From Phycisphaerae bacterium (GTDB taxonomy: Bacteria > Planctomycetota > Phycisphaerae > UBA1845), in assembly GCA_035344155.1 (NCBI GenBank), contig DAORAL010000010.1:24118-88117 (forward strand): a DNA stretch of 64,000 bases, written 5' to 3'. Shown here piece by piece: positions 45,306-54,171 of the stretch. Below the pieces are notes generated by a model, which was given only the letters and a program-made list of their open reading frames with translations, made no database searches and was not told the origin of the DNA. Every line of letters starts with the position of its first letter. Positions within the stretch are counted from its first letter, which is position 1. The position numbers and the translations under genes are program-made.

Positions 45306-45866
45306 CTACTTGGGCAATTTCAAATCCTCACCGGCGACCATCGCATCGATCTTCATCTTCGCCACGCTTTCGGCTGTGGCATTGAGCCCGAATGATCCGT
45401 CTTCAAGGCAGGCGTGCCATCCGGTCTTGTCCTTGGGTATTGCGGCGGATGCCAACGCGCGGACATGAACGGTATTCAGGCCATTGGTTGGGTTGGTTGG
45501 AAAAGGCTTTGAAATGTAAGGACCGTAGATGTGACTTTTGTCCGGTCCGTCGTTGGGCTCGCCTTCGGACGAGGTGTACTGCGTCAGTTGCTGGATGAAG
45601 AAGTCGCCATCCGGACTGCTGTTGGACGGATCGTAGCCCGGGTATTTCGAATGCTCGGCGTAGTACCGATCGATGGCTTTGCGAACATTGGTCAGCGTGG
45701 CCTGGATGGCGTTGGCTTTGGCCCGCTGACTGGCTTGCGTCAATCGGGGTACCGCGATTGCCCCCAGCACCGCGATGATTGCGACGACCATCACCAGCTC
45801 GACCAGCGAAAACGATGAACAGCGTGAAGCGCGATGTCCCTTGGGTTGTGCACTGCTCGCATTCAT
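45306..45866 (-). CDS. Prepilin-type (GspG-like) pilin/pseudopilin
   Basis: N-terminal methylation motif SS/FSLVELVMVVAIIAVLGAIAVP, with a GspG-like continuation (ANAIQATLTNVRKAIDRYYAEHSKYPG). Confidence 0.75.
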   Translation of the reverse strand: MNASSAQPKGHRASRCSSFSLVELVMVVAIIAVLGAIAVPRLTQASQRAKANAIQATLTNVRKAIDRYYAEHSKYPGYDPSNSSPDGDFFIQQLTQYTSSEGEPNDGPDKSHIYGPYISKPFPTNPTNGLNTVHVRALASAAIPKDKTGWHACLEDGSFGLNATAESVAKMKIDAMVAGEDLKLPK

Positions 45867-45986
45867 TGCGATCTCGACCAGACAAGAAAGCCGGATCAAG
45901 TTTCGCAAAACTCGATCCGGCTGATGTCTTTCAACATTGGGAACTTAAACGATCCCGAATGCTTGATGCGATACGTCCGAATCGTC

Positions 45987-46520
45987 CTAGTAGTCGCTGT
46001 AGTTCGCTGTCGATTCGTCAGTGGCGGTCGTGTTCGCACGAATCTCGCCGGTGTTCTGGTTGTAGACCCAGCCTTCACCCGAACCTTCCGAGACCGCAGG
46101 CGGGCTCGCTGCACCAAAGAGCACGTCCTTGCTGCCCGCATTGGCTCCAACCGGAAGCGGCGGAATACCGTTGCGAAGGTACGGGCCATAGATGATGCCG
46201 GTTGCCGCATTGAACGCACCGGTCTTACCGTCGATGTCGCTGAACTTGGTCAGCTGATCGACCATGTCGGCCGCGGCTCCGGTGCCGGCTGTTCCATCGT
46301 TCTTGTTCTTACCGGGGAAGACGCCGTTGTGCTCAGCCGCGTACAGGTCAATCGCCGCACGCAAAGCTGCAACGTCCCCTCGGACAGCGGAGTCGACAGC
46401 ACCCTTGGCCCCCCGACTGATTCGTGGAACCGCAATTGCTGCTACAATTCCAATAATCACAATCACGATCACCAGCTCGACGAGGCTGAAGCCAGCTCTC
46501 TTCTGACAATTGATTCTCAT
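45987..46520 (-). CDS. Prepilin-type (GspG-like) pilin/pseudopilin
   Basis: KRAG/FSLVELVIVIVIIGIVAAIAVPR has the canonical G-1, F+1, E+5. Confidence 0.8.
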   Translation of the reverse strand: MRINCQKRAGFSLVELVIVIVIIGIVAAIAVPRISRGAKGAVDSAVRGDVAALRAAIDLYAAEHNGVFPGKNKNDGTAGTGAAADMVDQLTKFSDIDGKTGAFNAATGIIYGPYLRNGIPPLPVGANAGSKDVLFGAASPPAVSEGSGEGWVYNQNTGEIRANTTATDESTANYSDY

Positions 46521-46638
46521 CGGTTCACCTCAAAACTACGGGGTTTTGCACGCGACAATCGCGGCTGTGTATTCTAAGTATCGACGCCATTCATCATGCC
46601 TTGAGTAATTCCAGGCAAAAAGCAGGTCCTATAAAACC

Positions 46639-47193
46639 CTACTCAACGGGACGTTCGCCTATGATCGGATCCACCAATTCCAGCACTTCGATGCCCGAAG
46701 GACACTCAAAGCGAACACTGCGCTGTGCAATCTCGACAACCGCGCAATCCGCGAGCCGCTGTCCCTTGCGGAAAATGACGCCATCGACCACGGCGCTGCG
46801 CGTCCCTTGAAGCTCAATGATCGCCGAGAGCGTGTGTTCAACATTGAACGGAACAGGCGGTGGGCCCGCATTGTCCTCGCTTTTCCTGCCGTCATCGGAT
46901 TCAGCCTCCGGTCCGGACAGTCGGCGAATCACTTCCTCCGACGGTGCAAAGATGTCGCGATGGACAAGACTCAAATCAGACGATTCCGCAAACTGCGGAA
47001 ACGGTTGAATCGACAGCGCCGCAATCCCCTGCTTCGGTGCATCCGACTTGGGGGTCTCGGTTTGGGACGCGTCCGCAGCGCTGGAGGCCATCGCTTCTGC
47101 AGGACCGCTGTCGCGCGTGACGACGTCGTAGACGACCACGCACAAGCCAACACCGAGCACCGACAGATAGATTCGTTTCCGCTTTGAAGACAT
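46639..47193 (-). CDS. TM-anchored protein, PilP/GspC-like (weak)
   Basis: N-terminal TM helix. The C-terminal beta-rich segment AIIELQGTRSAVVDGVIFRKGQRLADCAVVEIAQRSVRF resembles PilP/GspC HR domains. Positioned after the pilO-like gene. Confidence 0.35.
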   Translation of the reverse strand: MSSKRKRIYLSVLGVGLCVVVYDVVTRDSGPAEAMASSAADASQTETPKSDAPKQGIAALSIQPFPQFAESSDLSLVHRDIFAPSEEVIRRLSGPEAESDDGRKSEDNAGPPPVPFNVEHTLSAIIELQGTRSAVVDGVIFRKGQRLADCAVVEIAQRSVRFECPSGIEVLELVDPIIGERPVE

Positions 47194-47199
47194 GGGTAT

Positions 47200-47793
47200 T
47201 TACGGTTTCGCGCCGGCCTCCGTGTTGGAACGGGCAGCAAAGAGGCTGACCACGAACTCGGCTTTGTGCGTCTCGTTGCCCGGTTCAAAGGTCGTTGGAG
47301 CGCCGATGATTTTCAGTTTGGTGAGGTCCGCCCAGAACGGTTCAGATTCAAAATCGCTCAGGAACGCAAGCATGGCACCGAACGTCGAGCGACATTCGAC
47401 CCGATAGTTCAACTGCGTGAGTCCGGGATATTGCTTCACATCACCGGGATCAACCGTGACGAGGTCGATCTGGTTCGATCGAATCAAACGCGTGATTGCC
47501 TGGAGGTTGGCATTGACCGGTGCAGACTTGGGAAGCGCTCCGCGCTGACTCACTTCGCCTTCGACGCCCGCCAGTTCAATGTTCGAGCTGTTCAGATTCT
47601 GCTCAACCGCCCGCAGCGCCATCTTCAAGTCCTTCTTCTCTTTCAGGGCGCGTTCCAAGCGGGCGTGGGAGTCTGGCAGGTGGACAAACGTAGTCCACAA
47701 TCCGAACAACGCGATGGCCAGGACCAAGCCGCCACCGACCACGTCGTAGAACACGAATGGATTGCCCTTCAGCGAAGACTTCACCAGGTACAC
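47200..47793 (-). CDS. pilO: PilO-like pilus assembly protein
   Basis: TM helix, coiled coil, then a ferredoxin-like C-terminus (...YRVECRSTFGAMLAFLSDFE). Gene order is pilM-N-O. Confidence 0.55.
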   Translation of the reverse strand: MYLVKSSLKGNPFVFYDVVGGGLVLAIALFGLWTTFVHLPDSHARLERALKEKKDLKMALRAVEQNLNSSNIELAGVEGEVSQRGALPKSAPVNANLQAITRLIRSNQIDLVTVDPGDVKQYPGLTQLNYRVECRSTFGAMLAFLSDFESEPFWADLTKLKIIGAPTTFEPGNETHKAEFVVSLFAARSNTEAGAKP

Positions 47794-48386
47794 TCCAATA
47801 CAAATCGGACCGCCACACCGTCAGCCAGCGGAACCTGTCCGCTCTTGACCATGTCCACGCGATTAAACAACACGCCGTCATTGAGGGCGGCCATGAATGC
47901 AAGCAATTGCTCATGCTCCAAAGCGAAACCCGTCAGTCGAAGACCGGCAGGACCTTCCAATTCAATGGTGTCGCTTTTTTCTTCCTCCTTTGTCGCGGCG
48001 CGTCGCACCGTTGCCTTGGGGGCGTGATCGTAGCTCTCAAGCGACGTCAGCCAGACCTCTTGGGGCATCTTGGCGGTCAACGTCGCCATGAGGTTTTTCC
48101 ACGGGCGCTTCGATCGAATCGCGTCGGCGCGCGAGAGTCTCTGTCGAAGATCCGTCACCATCGACAAACTCTCCGAAAGCTTGTTCTTGGTGCCGGTCAG
48201 TTGACTACGGAGCGGTTTGAGTTCATTTTCGACCGTCGAAGCCTTCGCGGCTTTGAACACGTCAAACCCGACCGGGAACGCCGACGCAAACGTAACCACG
48301 GTCACCGCGATCAACCATCCGCGCAAACGGGAAGCCCGCTTCTTGGCGCGAATGTATGATTGAGGCAGTACGTTGACGCCTATCAC
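47781..48386 (-). CDS. pilN: PilN-like pilus assembly protein
   Basis: N-terminal VNVLPQSY (INLLP-type motif) followed by a TM helix. 4-nt overlap with pilM. Confidence 0.7.
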   Translation of the reverse strand: MIGVNVLPQSYIRAKKRASRLRGWLIAVTVVTFASAFPVGFDVFKAAKASTVENELKPLRSQLTGTKNKLSESLSMVTDLRQRLSRADAIRSKRPWKNLMATLTAKMPQEVWLTSLESYDHAPKATVRRAATKEEEKSDTIELEGPAGLRLTGFALEHEQLLAFMAALNDGVLFNRVDMVKSGQVPLADGVAVRFVLECTW

Positions 48387-49507
48387 AGCGAATCTCCCGG
48401 ATCGATCGCCAATCCGATGGCGGCTGCATACTCTGGCAGGGGCTCGCGAACATGTTCGCGAAGTTGCGAGAAATCAATCTGGCTGTGCGGCTCGACGCTT
48501 TCCATGCTCGGAACAATCACTTCGATACCCAGCTTGCTGGTCAGCAATTCCGCAAGGTTCTTCATGCTCGCCGCTCCACCGACGAGCAGCAGTGGTCCGC
48601 AAGGCCGATCATTGAAACATCGAATCGCGTATTTGTATGACCGTTCCAACTCTCCAACGATCCCGCCCAACTCTTCTCGCAGGACGTTGTAAATCATCTC
48701 CGCAACGGGACCGCCCGATGCGATCTCGGAATCGCTCTTGCGGCGCTGCTGCTTTGCGGCTCCGATCCCATGATCGCGTTTGTGGCGTTCCGCGGCTTTT
48801 CGGCTGATGGACAAAGCATCCGCCAACTGGTCGGTCCATTTCCGTCCACCCTTGTTGAAACTGCGCGCCAGAACCGGAACCTGAGCCACGCAGATAATCA
48901 ACCGCGTCTGCCGCGCTCCGAGATCGAGCACGCCCCAGACATCTTTTTGCGACACGGGACCACGAAATATCGAACCGAATCGAGCCAGCGCACACGATGT
49001 CGCGTCCAGGCGCGTGCATCGAAACTTCGCCCGCTCGCAAATCGGCATCAACGTTTCAAACGCAGTCGGACAGGCAGCCACCCCAATCGCCGATGACGTC
49101 ATCTGGCGACTTTCAGGAATGGGCCAATAGTCAATGGTCGCAGCCCCATCCTCGAAACTCATCAATCGTTCGATTTCCCAGCGGGCGGCTTGCCTGGTCT
49201 GCGCCGGGCTGGCGGATGCCGGCAATTCCATCGCGTGAAGTTCAATGTCAGGCGTCGAGAGCCCCATCACGCATTCGCGTTTGCGAAACCCCATCTGCAT
49301 AAGCCAAGCGCCGATCAGTTTCGAGGCGGCTTGTGGATTCGTCCGGGTACTCAAGTCTTCAGGCAGTTGCATTCCGCCCATGCGGGTCACGGCGTACTTG
49401 TCACCGATGCGGCGCAATTGCGCGGCGCGCACGCTGCGGTCCCCCACGTCGATCCCGACGGGCGTTACGCTTCCTGCTCGTGTTGCCAGTGGTAGTGTCA
49501 AGCCCAC
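48383..49507 (-). CDS. pilM: PilM-like actin-fold pilus assembly ATPase-like protein
   Basis: VGIDVGDRSVRAAQL, VLDLGARQTRL, LLLVGGAASMKNLAELL are the ASKHA/PilM pattern. Confidence 0.8.
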   Translation of the reverse strand: MGLTLPLATRAGSVTPVGIDVGDRSVRAAQLRRIGDKYAVTRMGGMQLPEDLSTRTNPQAASKLIGAWLMQMGFRKRECVMGLSTPDIELHAMELPASASPAQTRQAARWEIERLMSFEDGAATIDYWPIPESRQMTSSAIGVAACPTAFETLMPICERAKFRCTRLDATSCALARFGSIFRGPVSQKDVWGVLDLGARQTRLIICVAQVPVLARSFNKGGRKWTDQLADALSISRKAAERHKRDHGIGAAKQQRRKSDSEIASGGPVAEMIYNVLREELGGIVGELERSYKYAIRCFNDRPCGPLLLVGGAASMKNLAELLTSKLGIEVIVPSMESVEPHSQIDFSQLREHVREPLPEYAAAIGLAIDPGDSL

Positions 49508-49520
49508 CCGTACGAACTCC

Positions 49521-50741
49521 TTAGATCGCGGACGTCATGTCGAACAACGGCATGAACAGTGAAATCGCCACCGCACCAACGACAGCGCCCATGATGATCA
49601 GAATCAGCGGCTCAATCAGCTTCGTCGCGGTGCCCAACAACTCCGTGTTCTCTTCGTCGAGTATGTCCGCGACAAATGTGATCGATTCACCGAGACGCCC
49701 GCTTTGCTCACCGGTCTTGATCGCCTGCACCACCGACGGACTGATGAGTTTTGAATTCTCAAGCGCACCGCTGATGGATTCACCGCGCGTGACCGAATCC
49801 TCCAGTGAATCATAGATGCCCTGAAACTGATCGTTGGCAGTCACGCCCCGAGCCAGGTCGAGCGATTCGAGCAAACCAACCCGCGCCTCCAGCAACATGC
49901 CCAGGATTCGAAACGTCTGGCCCTGAATCAATCGCGACATCAATCGACCCAGAACGGGTATTCGCGTTTGGGCGTTCGCCAGGATCTGACGGCCCGCCTT
50001 CGTCCTGATCAGAAACACAATGCCCCCAATGACCGAAGCCACCATCAGCACAATCAGGATCCAGTGCGATCGCAGTGTGTTGGCTGTGCTCATCATGAAT
50101 TTCGTGGACCAAGGCAGTTCAACACCCAGCGTGCCGAACATGCCCGCAAAACGGGGAACCACGAAGAACATCATCACAGCCAGAATCTTGACCGAAAGAC
50201 ACAGCAACAGGATCGGATAGATCAACGAGCCAATGATCTTGTTGCGCGTCGCCCGCTGCTTTCCGATGATGTTCGCCAAGCGACTGAACATCTGCGGTAG
50301 CGTCGCGCTCGATTCACCTGCAGCCACAACCGCGCAATACGACGAACTGAAGGCATTCGGATGCTTGCGAAGGGCGTCCGTCAGCATCATGCCCTGTTCA
50401 AGGTCGTCGCGAACCACCGAGAGCATCGCCTTGGCTGTGGGACTCTTCATTTGTGCCGACACGGCATTGATCGCGGGCACCAGCGCGCTGCCCGATGTCA
50501 GCAGCATGGACATCTGTCGCGTGAACATCATCAACTGCTTGAGCGGAAGGGAGGCCTTGTCGTCGACCCGCTTCTTCCCGGCTTTTGATCCCTGCGAAAC
50601 TTCCACCGTCGCCGGCGCGACATGCGTCACGAAGAAACCCTGGCGACGCAGCGCTTCGACACCTTCCTTCACGGACGGCGCCTGCACCGTGTCGCGAACG
50701 TGCTGTCCCTTTTCATTGATGGCGTCGAAAACCAGATTCAT
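49521..50741 (-). CDS. pilC: Type II secretion/type IV pilus platform protein (GspF/PilC family)
   Basis: 406 aa. Two T2SSF repeats, 3 TM helices, and the conserved ...EQSGRLGESI... motif. Confidence 0.9.
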   Translation of the reverse strand: MNLVFDAINEKGQHVRDTVQAPSVKEGVEALRRQGFFVTHVAPATVEVSQGSKAGKKRVDDKASLPLKQLMMFTRQMSMLLTSGSALVPAINAVSAQMKSPTAKAMLSVVRDDLEQGMMLTDALRKHPNAFSSSYCAVVAAGESSATLPQMFSRLANIIGKQRATRNKIIGSLIYPILLLCLSVKILAVMMFFVVPRFAGMFGTLGVELPWSTKFMMSTANTLRSHWILIVLMVASVIGGIVFLIRTKAGRQILANAQTRIPVLGRLMSRLIQGQTFRILGMLLEARVGLLESLDLARGVTANDQFQGIYDSLEDSVTRGESISGALENSKLISPSVVQAIKTGEQSGRLGESITFVADILDEENTELLGTATKLIEPLILIIMGAVVGAVAISLFMPLFDMTSAI

Positions 50742-52489
50742 ACGATCACCTCATCGGGCAACATGCCTGACGGATCGCAGACCACTGCCCCTTCCGAACG
50801 CGTCACGCGCAGGACTTCTTCAAGGGTCGATTCGCCACGATCGACGACATCAAGCGCCTTCTCGCGAAGCGTGCGCCAGCCCGTCTCTGCCAGGTACAAT
50901 CGAATGTCTGACTCCGACGCGCGGCGATTGATCAACCGCTTCAATTCCGCGTCGATCACCATGACTTCGTAAATGCCTGCTCGGCCTTTGAATCCGGTGT
51001 TGTGGCACTCGCGACAGCCTTCACCACGCTGGAAGAGTTCGTTGGTGCGATGCCCCCAGCCGACACTTGCAAGCAGTTCCGGCGCGGGATAGTAAGAAGC
51101 CGCACACGATCTGCAGATGCGACGGGCCAATCGCTGCGCGACGAATCCAAGCAACGCGGAACCGATCAGATAGGATTCGATGCCCATGTCCGCGAGGCGC
51201 ATGATTCCGCCAGGACAATCGTTGGTGTGCAGCGTGCTCAACACCATGTGACCGGTCAGTGCGGCTTGCACCGCGACGCGCGCGGTGTCCTCGTCGCGAA
51301 TCTCACCCACCATGATGACATCGGGGTCCTGTCGCAACACCGACCGCAGCGCCCGCGAGAACGACAGGCCCACTTCCGAATTCACTTGAATCTGGTTGAT
51401 TTGCTGAAGCTGATACTCCACCGGATCTTCGACGGTCACGATGTTGACGGCTTCATCGCGCAATAGATCGAGCGCCGAGTAAAGCGTCGTCGTCTTACCA
51501 CTACCCGTCGGACCGGTGACCAGCATCATCCCGTAGGGACTGCGAATCATGGTCTCGATGGCCATCAGGTCTTCATCAGCCACCCCGAGCTTGCTCAACT
51601 CGAGACTCAGGTTGCTCTTGTCGAGCACGCGCATCACGATCTTTTCGCCCAAGACCGTCGGCATGCTTGAGACGCGCAAGTCGATCTCCCGCCCGTCCGC
51701 CACCAGGTGAACGCGACCTTCCTGCGGCAGACGTTTTTCGGCGATGTCCATTCGCCCGACGACCTTGATGCGCGAGACGATTGCCGCATGCATTCCCTTC
51801 GGAGGGTTCAACATCTCGCGCAGTTGGCCGTCGATTCGATATCGGATATGCGTCGAACCACGATCGGGTTCGATGTGAATGTCGCTCGCACCGTCGCGGA
51901 CGGCTGTCAAAATGGCAAGGTTAACCAGGTTGATGACCGGACTGCCATCGACCATCTTGTCGAGGTCGGTGACGGGACCTTCGTCGATGGCCTCGCTTTC
52001 GGAGATGGTGACGTCCGACTCTTCGATCGACGCCAGAAATGCATCGACCGTCACTTCCGACGCGAGGTACTTGCGCTGATACTCGATGAGGTTGTCTTCA
52101 TCGACGAGCACGGGACGAATCGCATGCCCGGTGCTGTTGCTAAGTCGATCGAGCGTCGGCACAGACTGAGGATCGACCATCGCCACGGTCAGTTCGCCAT
52201 GAACCAGAAAGAGCGGAAGCACTTTGAGGTGCTCGGCCTCCTCCTTCGGAATCATTCGAGCCACCTTTGGATCGATCAGGCCGTGGCGAAGGACGCAGCC
52301 TTTGACGCCCATCCGGTCGGCCAGCGAATGAACCAGCGCCTGCGCAGACAATGACCCCAGGTCGACGAGCGCTTCACCAACGCGCTGTCCACTGGATGCC
52401 TGCTTCGCCAGCGCCTCTTCCAGTTGCTCCTGGGTGATGAGGCCTTTGGCGACGAGGTGCTCGCCCAATCTGACTTCCGGTCCGATCAT
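50738..52489 (-). CDS. GspE/PilB/MshE-family secretion ATPase with an N-terminal MshEN-type domain
   Basis: Walker A TGPTGSGKTTTLYSAL, Asp/His boxes, tetracysteine CRSC...CRECHNTGFKGR. N-terminal RLGEHLVAKGLITQEQLEEALAKQ-ASSGQ-RVGEALVDLGSLSAQALVHSLADR. Confidence 0.9.
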   Translation of the reverse strand: MIGPEVRLGEHLVAKGLITQEQLEEALAKQASSGQRVGEALVDLGSLSAQALVHSLADRMGVKGCVLRHGLIDPKVARMIPKEEAEHLKVLPLFLVHGELTVAMVDPQSVPTLDRLSNSTGHAIRPVLVDEDNLIEYQRKYLASEVTVDAFLASIEESDVTISESEAIDEGPVTDLDKMVDGSPVINLVNLAILTAVRDGASDIHIEPDRGSTHIRYRIDGQLREMLNPPKGMHAAIVSRIKVVGRMDIAEKRLPQEGRVHLVADGREIDLRVSSMPTVLGEKIVMRVLDKSNLSLELSKLGVADEDLMAIETMIRSPYGMMLVTGPTGSGKTTTLYSALDLLRDEAVNIVTVEDPVEYQLQQINQIQVNSEVGLSFSRALRSVLRQDPDVIMVGEIRDEDTARVAVQAALTGHMVLSTLHTNDCPGGIMRLADMGIESYLIGSALLGFVAQRLARRICRSCAASYYPAPELLASVGWGHRTNELFQRGEGCRECHNTGFKGRAGIYEVMVIDAELKRLINRRASESDIRLYLAETGWRTLREKALDVVDRGESTLEEVLRVTRSEGAVVCDPSGMLPDEVIV

Positions 52490-52492
52490 CGG

Positions 52493-52828
52493 CTACAAGA
52501 AACTCCGCACTGCATCCTGCAACGAGTCAAAGTAATCAACCTTCCGGGACTGACCGGTCAGTTCCAATGCTTCGCGACACGTTGCCGAAGTACCCGCAAG
52601 CCTGAGCCGACTGCCCCGACTCATCAGGCTGTCGGAGGTCTCCACGAGTCCTTCAATTCCACGACTGTCAATATATGGCACTTTTTCCATGTTCAAGACG
52701 AAACGCGGATTCGCGGTGCTTAGCTTCTCCGCCATCAAGGCGATGAGCTCCTCGGCATCCTCGTCGACGATGGGCCCAGCCGGCGCCATCACATCAACCG
52801 TCCCCACACGTTTCTGCTCAATGCTCAT
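52493..52828 (-). CDS. STAS-domain protein (anti-sigma-factor antagonist family)
   Basis: 111 aa. ...FVLNMEKVPYIDSRGIEGLV...RLAGTSATCREALELTG is the SpoIIAA/RsbV pattern, including a DSxG serine. Confidence 0.8.
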   Translation of the reverse strand: MSIEQKRVGTVDVMAPAGPIVDEDAEELIALMAEKLSTANPRFVLNMEKVPYIDSRGIEGLVETSDSLMSRGSRLRLAGTSATCREALELTGQSRKVDYFDSLQDAVRSFL

Positions 52829-54171
52829 ACCGCGGCGACTCCGTTCGCTTCGTCAGTGCATGCCAACATGGCCAGTCCGAGTTTGCGCGCTTCTGTTGAA
52901 ATGGACGCGGCCCGCGAGAGCAATGCGTCGAGCGACGGTCGCTGTGTGCCGCTGCTGGCCAACCCGCACCGCACGCCGATTTGATTACCGGGATCTCCGA
53001 GCGATTTGATCGTGTCCACGATGTGGCTTTGGATCTTCCTGACGATCAAACTGGCCAACTCTGCATCGACGCTGACCAACATGACCACGAAGGTCGATCC
53101 ATCGAAGAAACCAGCGCAGTCATTTTCGCGAACGCGCTCGCGGATGATTTCACTGATGCGGCGAATGGCGTCCTTGGCGATGTCCCAGCGGCCATTGTCC
53201 GTCAGACGGCGCAAGCCTTCGACGTTGAAATTCACCACCGATACCGGTTCGTTTTTGGCAAAAGAAGCCGCCATCGCGTGACCGGCTTTTGTCAGGAAAG
53301 CCTCGGGCGTCAGCACACCCGCCACCGAATCCGTTTCGTCCGCCAACCGGCTTCGACATGCTTCCGTCAGCGAACCCCAGCACAGGGAAACCATCGCCTC
53401 CATCAAACGAAGACGGTGCCTTGCGGCGATTTCGGTATTGGCCAACTCGCCCACCTGAATCACACCGATCAGATTGTCTTGCACGTGCACCGAAAAGCAC
53501 CAGGCGCACGCCCCCTGGATCAAGCCAGCCAATTCATGAATGGAGTCGTTGGACTTGTCGTCGCGATAAAAACTCTTTCCGCTCGTCACCACGTACCCGC
53601 GAATGCCAGCCCGCAGCGGTGGGAAGTCGTTTTCCTTCGGCGCCGTCTCGTGCAACGGAAGCAGCGTATGGTCGTCGGGCGACAGCAGTCGGTACGCCTT
53701 GATCTGCGAAGCGCCGCAACACGCCAACAACGTCGCACGCACGAATTCACCAAAGTCGGGCCAGGGGTCGGCCAGATCCCGGTGCTGCGTCAGCCATCGA
53801 TCGAATTGCCGCGGGACCGCGACGATGGACTCGATGGGCCCAACCTCTTCGGCGCGGGTTGCAGAATCCGACTTTGGGTCTGCAACCGAACCTCGTTCCG
53901 TTTGACTCGACGCCGCGATCGCCGTTCGGTGCATCTCTGGACGCACGAATCGCGGCATTGAGAACACAACAAGCGCCAAAGCGCCAGCCGCCAGCGACAC
54001 AGCAATCGCCGACGCCTGCGTTTCCAAACCGCCCATGACCACGGCTGAGAAAACCCAAAACCCGACAGACGCCAAACCCAATGCCCAAGCACTCGGGCGA
54101 CGCAGGTATCGCGCCCCAAGACCGGAGAGCATCGCGAGTGGAATCCAGTACATCGACAGCTGGAGACCCAT
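52825..54171 (-). CDS. Membrane protein with GAF domain and degenerate GGDEF domain (A-site DGSTF, I-site REND retained)
   Basis: N-terminal TM helices. GAF-like SVHVQDNLIGVIQVGELAN. GGDEF-fold context RERVRENDCAGFFDGSTFVVML (nt 53089-53130). Confidence 0.65.
   Translation of the reverse strand: MGLQLSMYWIPLAMLSGLGARYLRRPSAWALGLASVGFWVFSAVVMGGLETQASAIAVSLAAGALALVVFSMPRFVRPEMHRTAIAASSQTERGSVADPKSDSATRAEEVGPIESIVAVPRQFDRWLTQHRDLADPWPDFGEFVRATLLACCGASQIKAYRLLSPDDHTLLPLHETAPKENDFPPLRAGIRGYVVTSGKSFYRDDKSNDSIHELAGLIQGACAWCFSVHVQDNLIGVIQVGELANTEIAARHRLRLMEAMVSLCWGSLTEACRSRLADETDSVAGVLTPEAFLTKAGHAMAASFAKNEPVSVVNFNVEGLRRLTDNGRWDIAKDAIRRISEIIRERVRENDCAGFFDGSTFVVMLVSVDAELASLIVRKIQSHIVDTIKSLGDPGNQIGVRCGLASSGTQRPSLDALLSRAASISTEARKLGLAMLACTDEANGVAAV

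Noticed and set aside
46521-46638. Sigma-54 type promoter (GG-N10-GC) upstream of the first pilin gene.
   Set aside because: The best candidate, TGGAAT-N-...GCAT, has 11-nt rather than 10-nt spacing and a poor match to TGGCAC-N5-TTGC.
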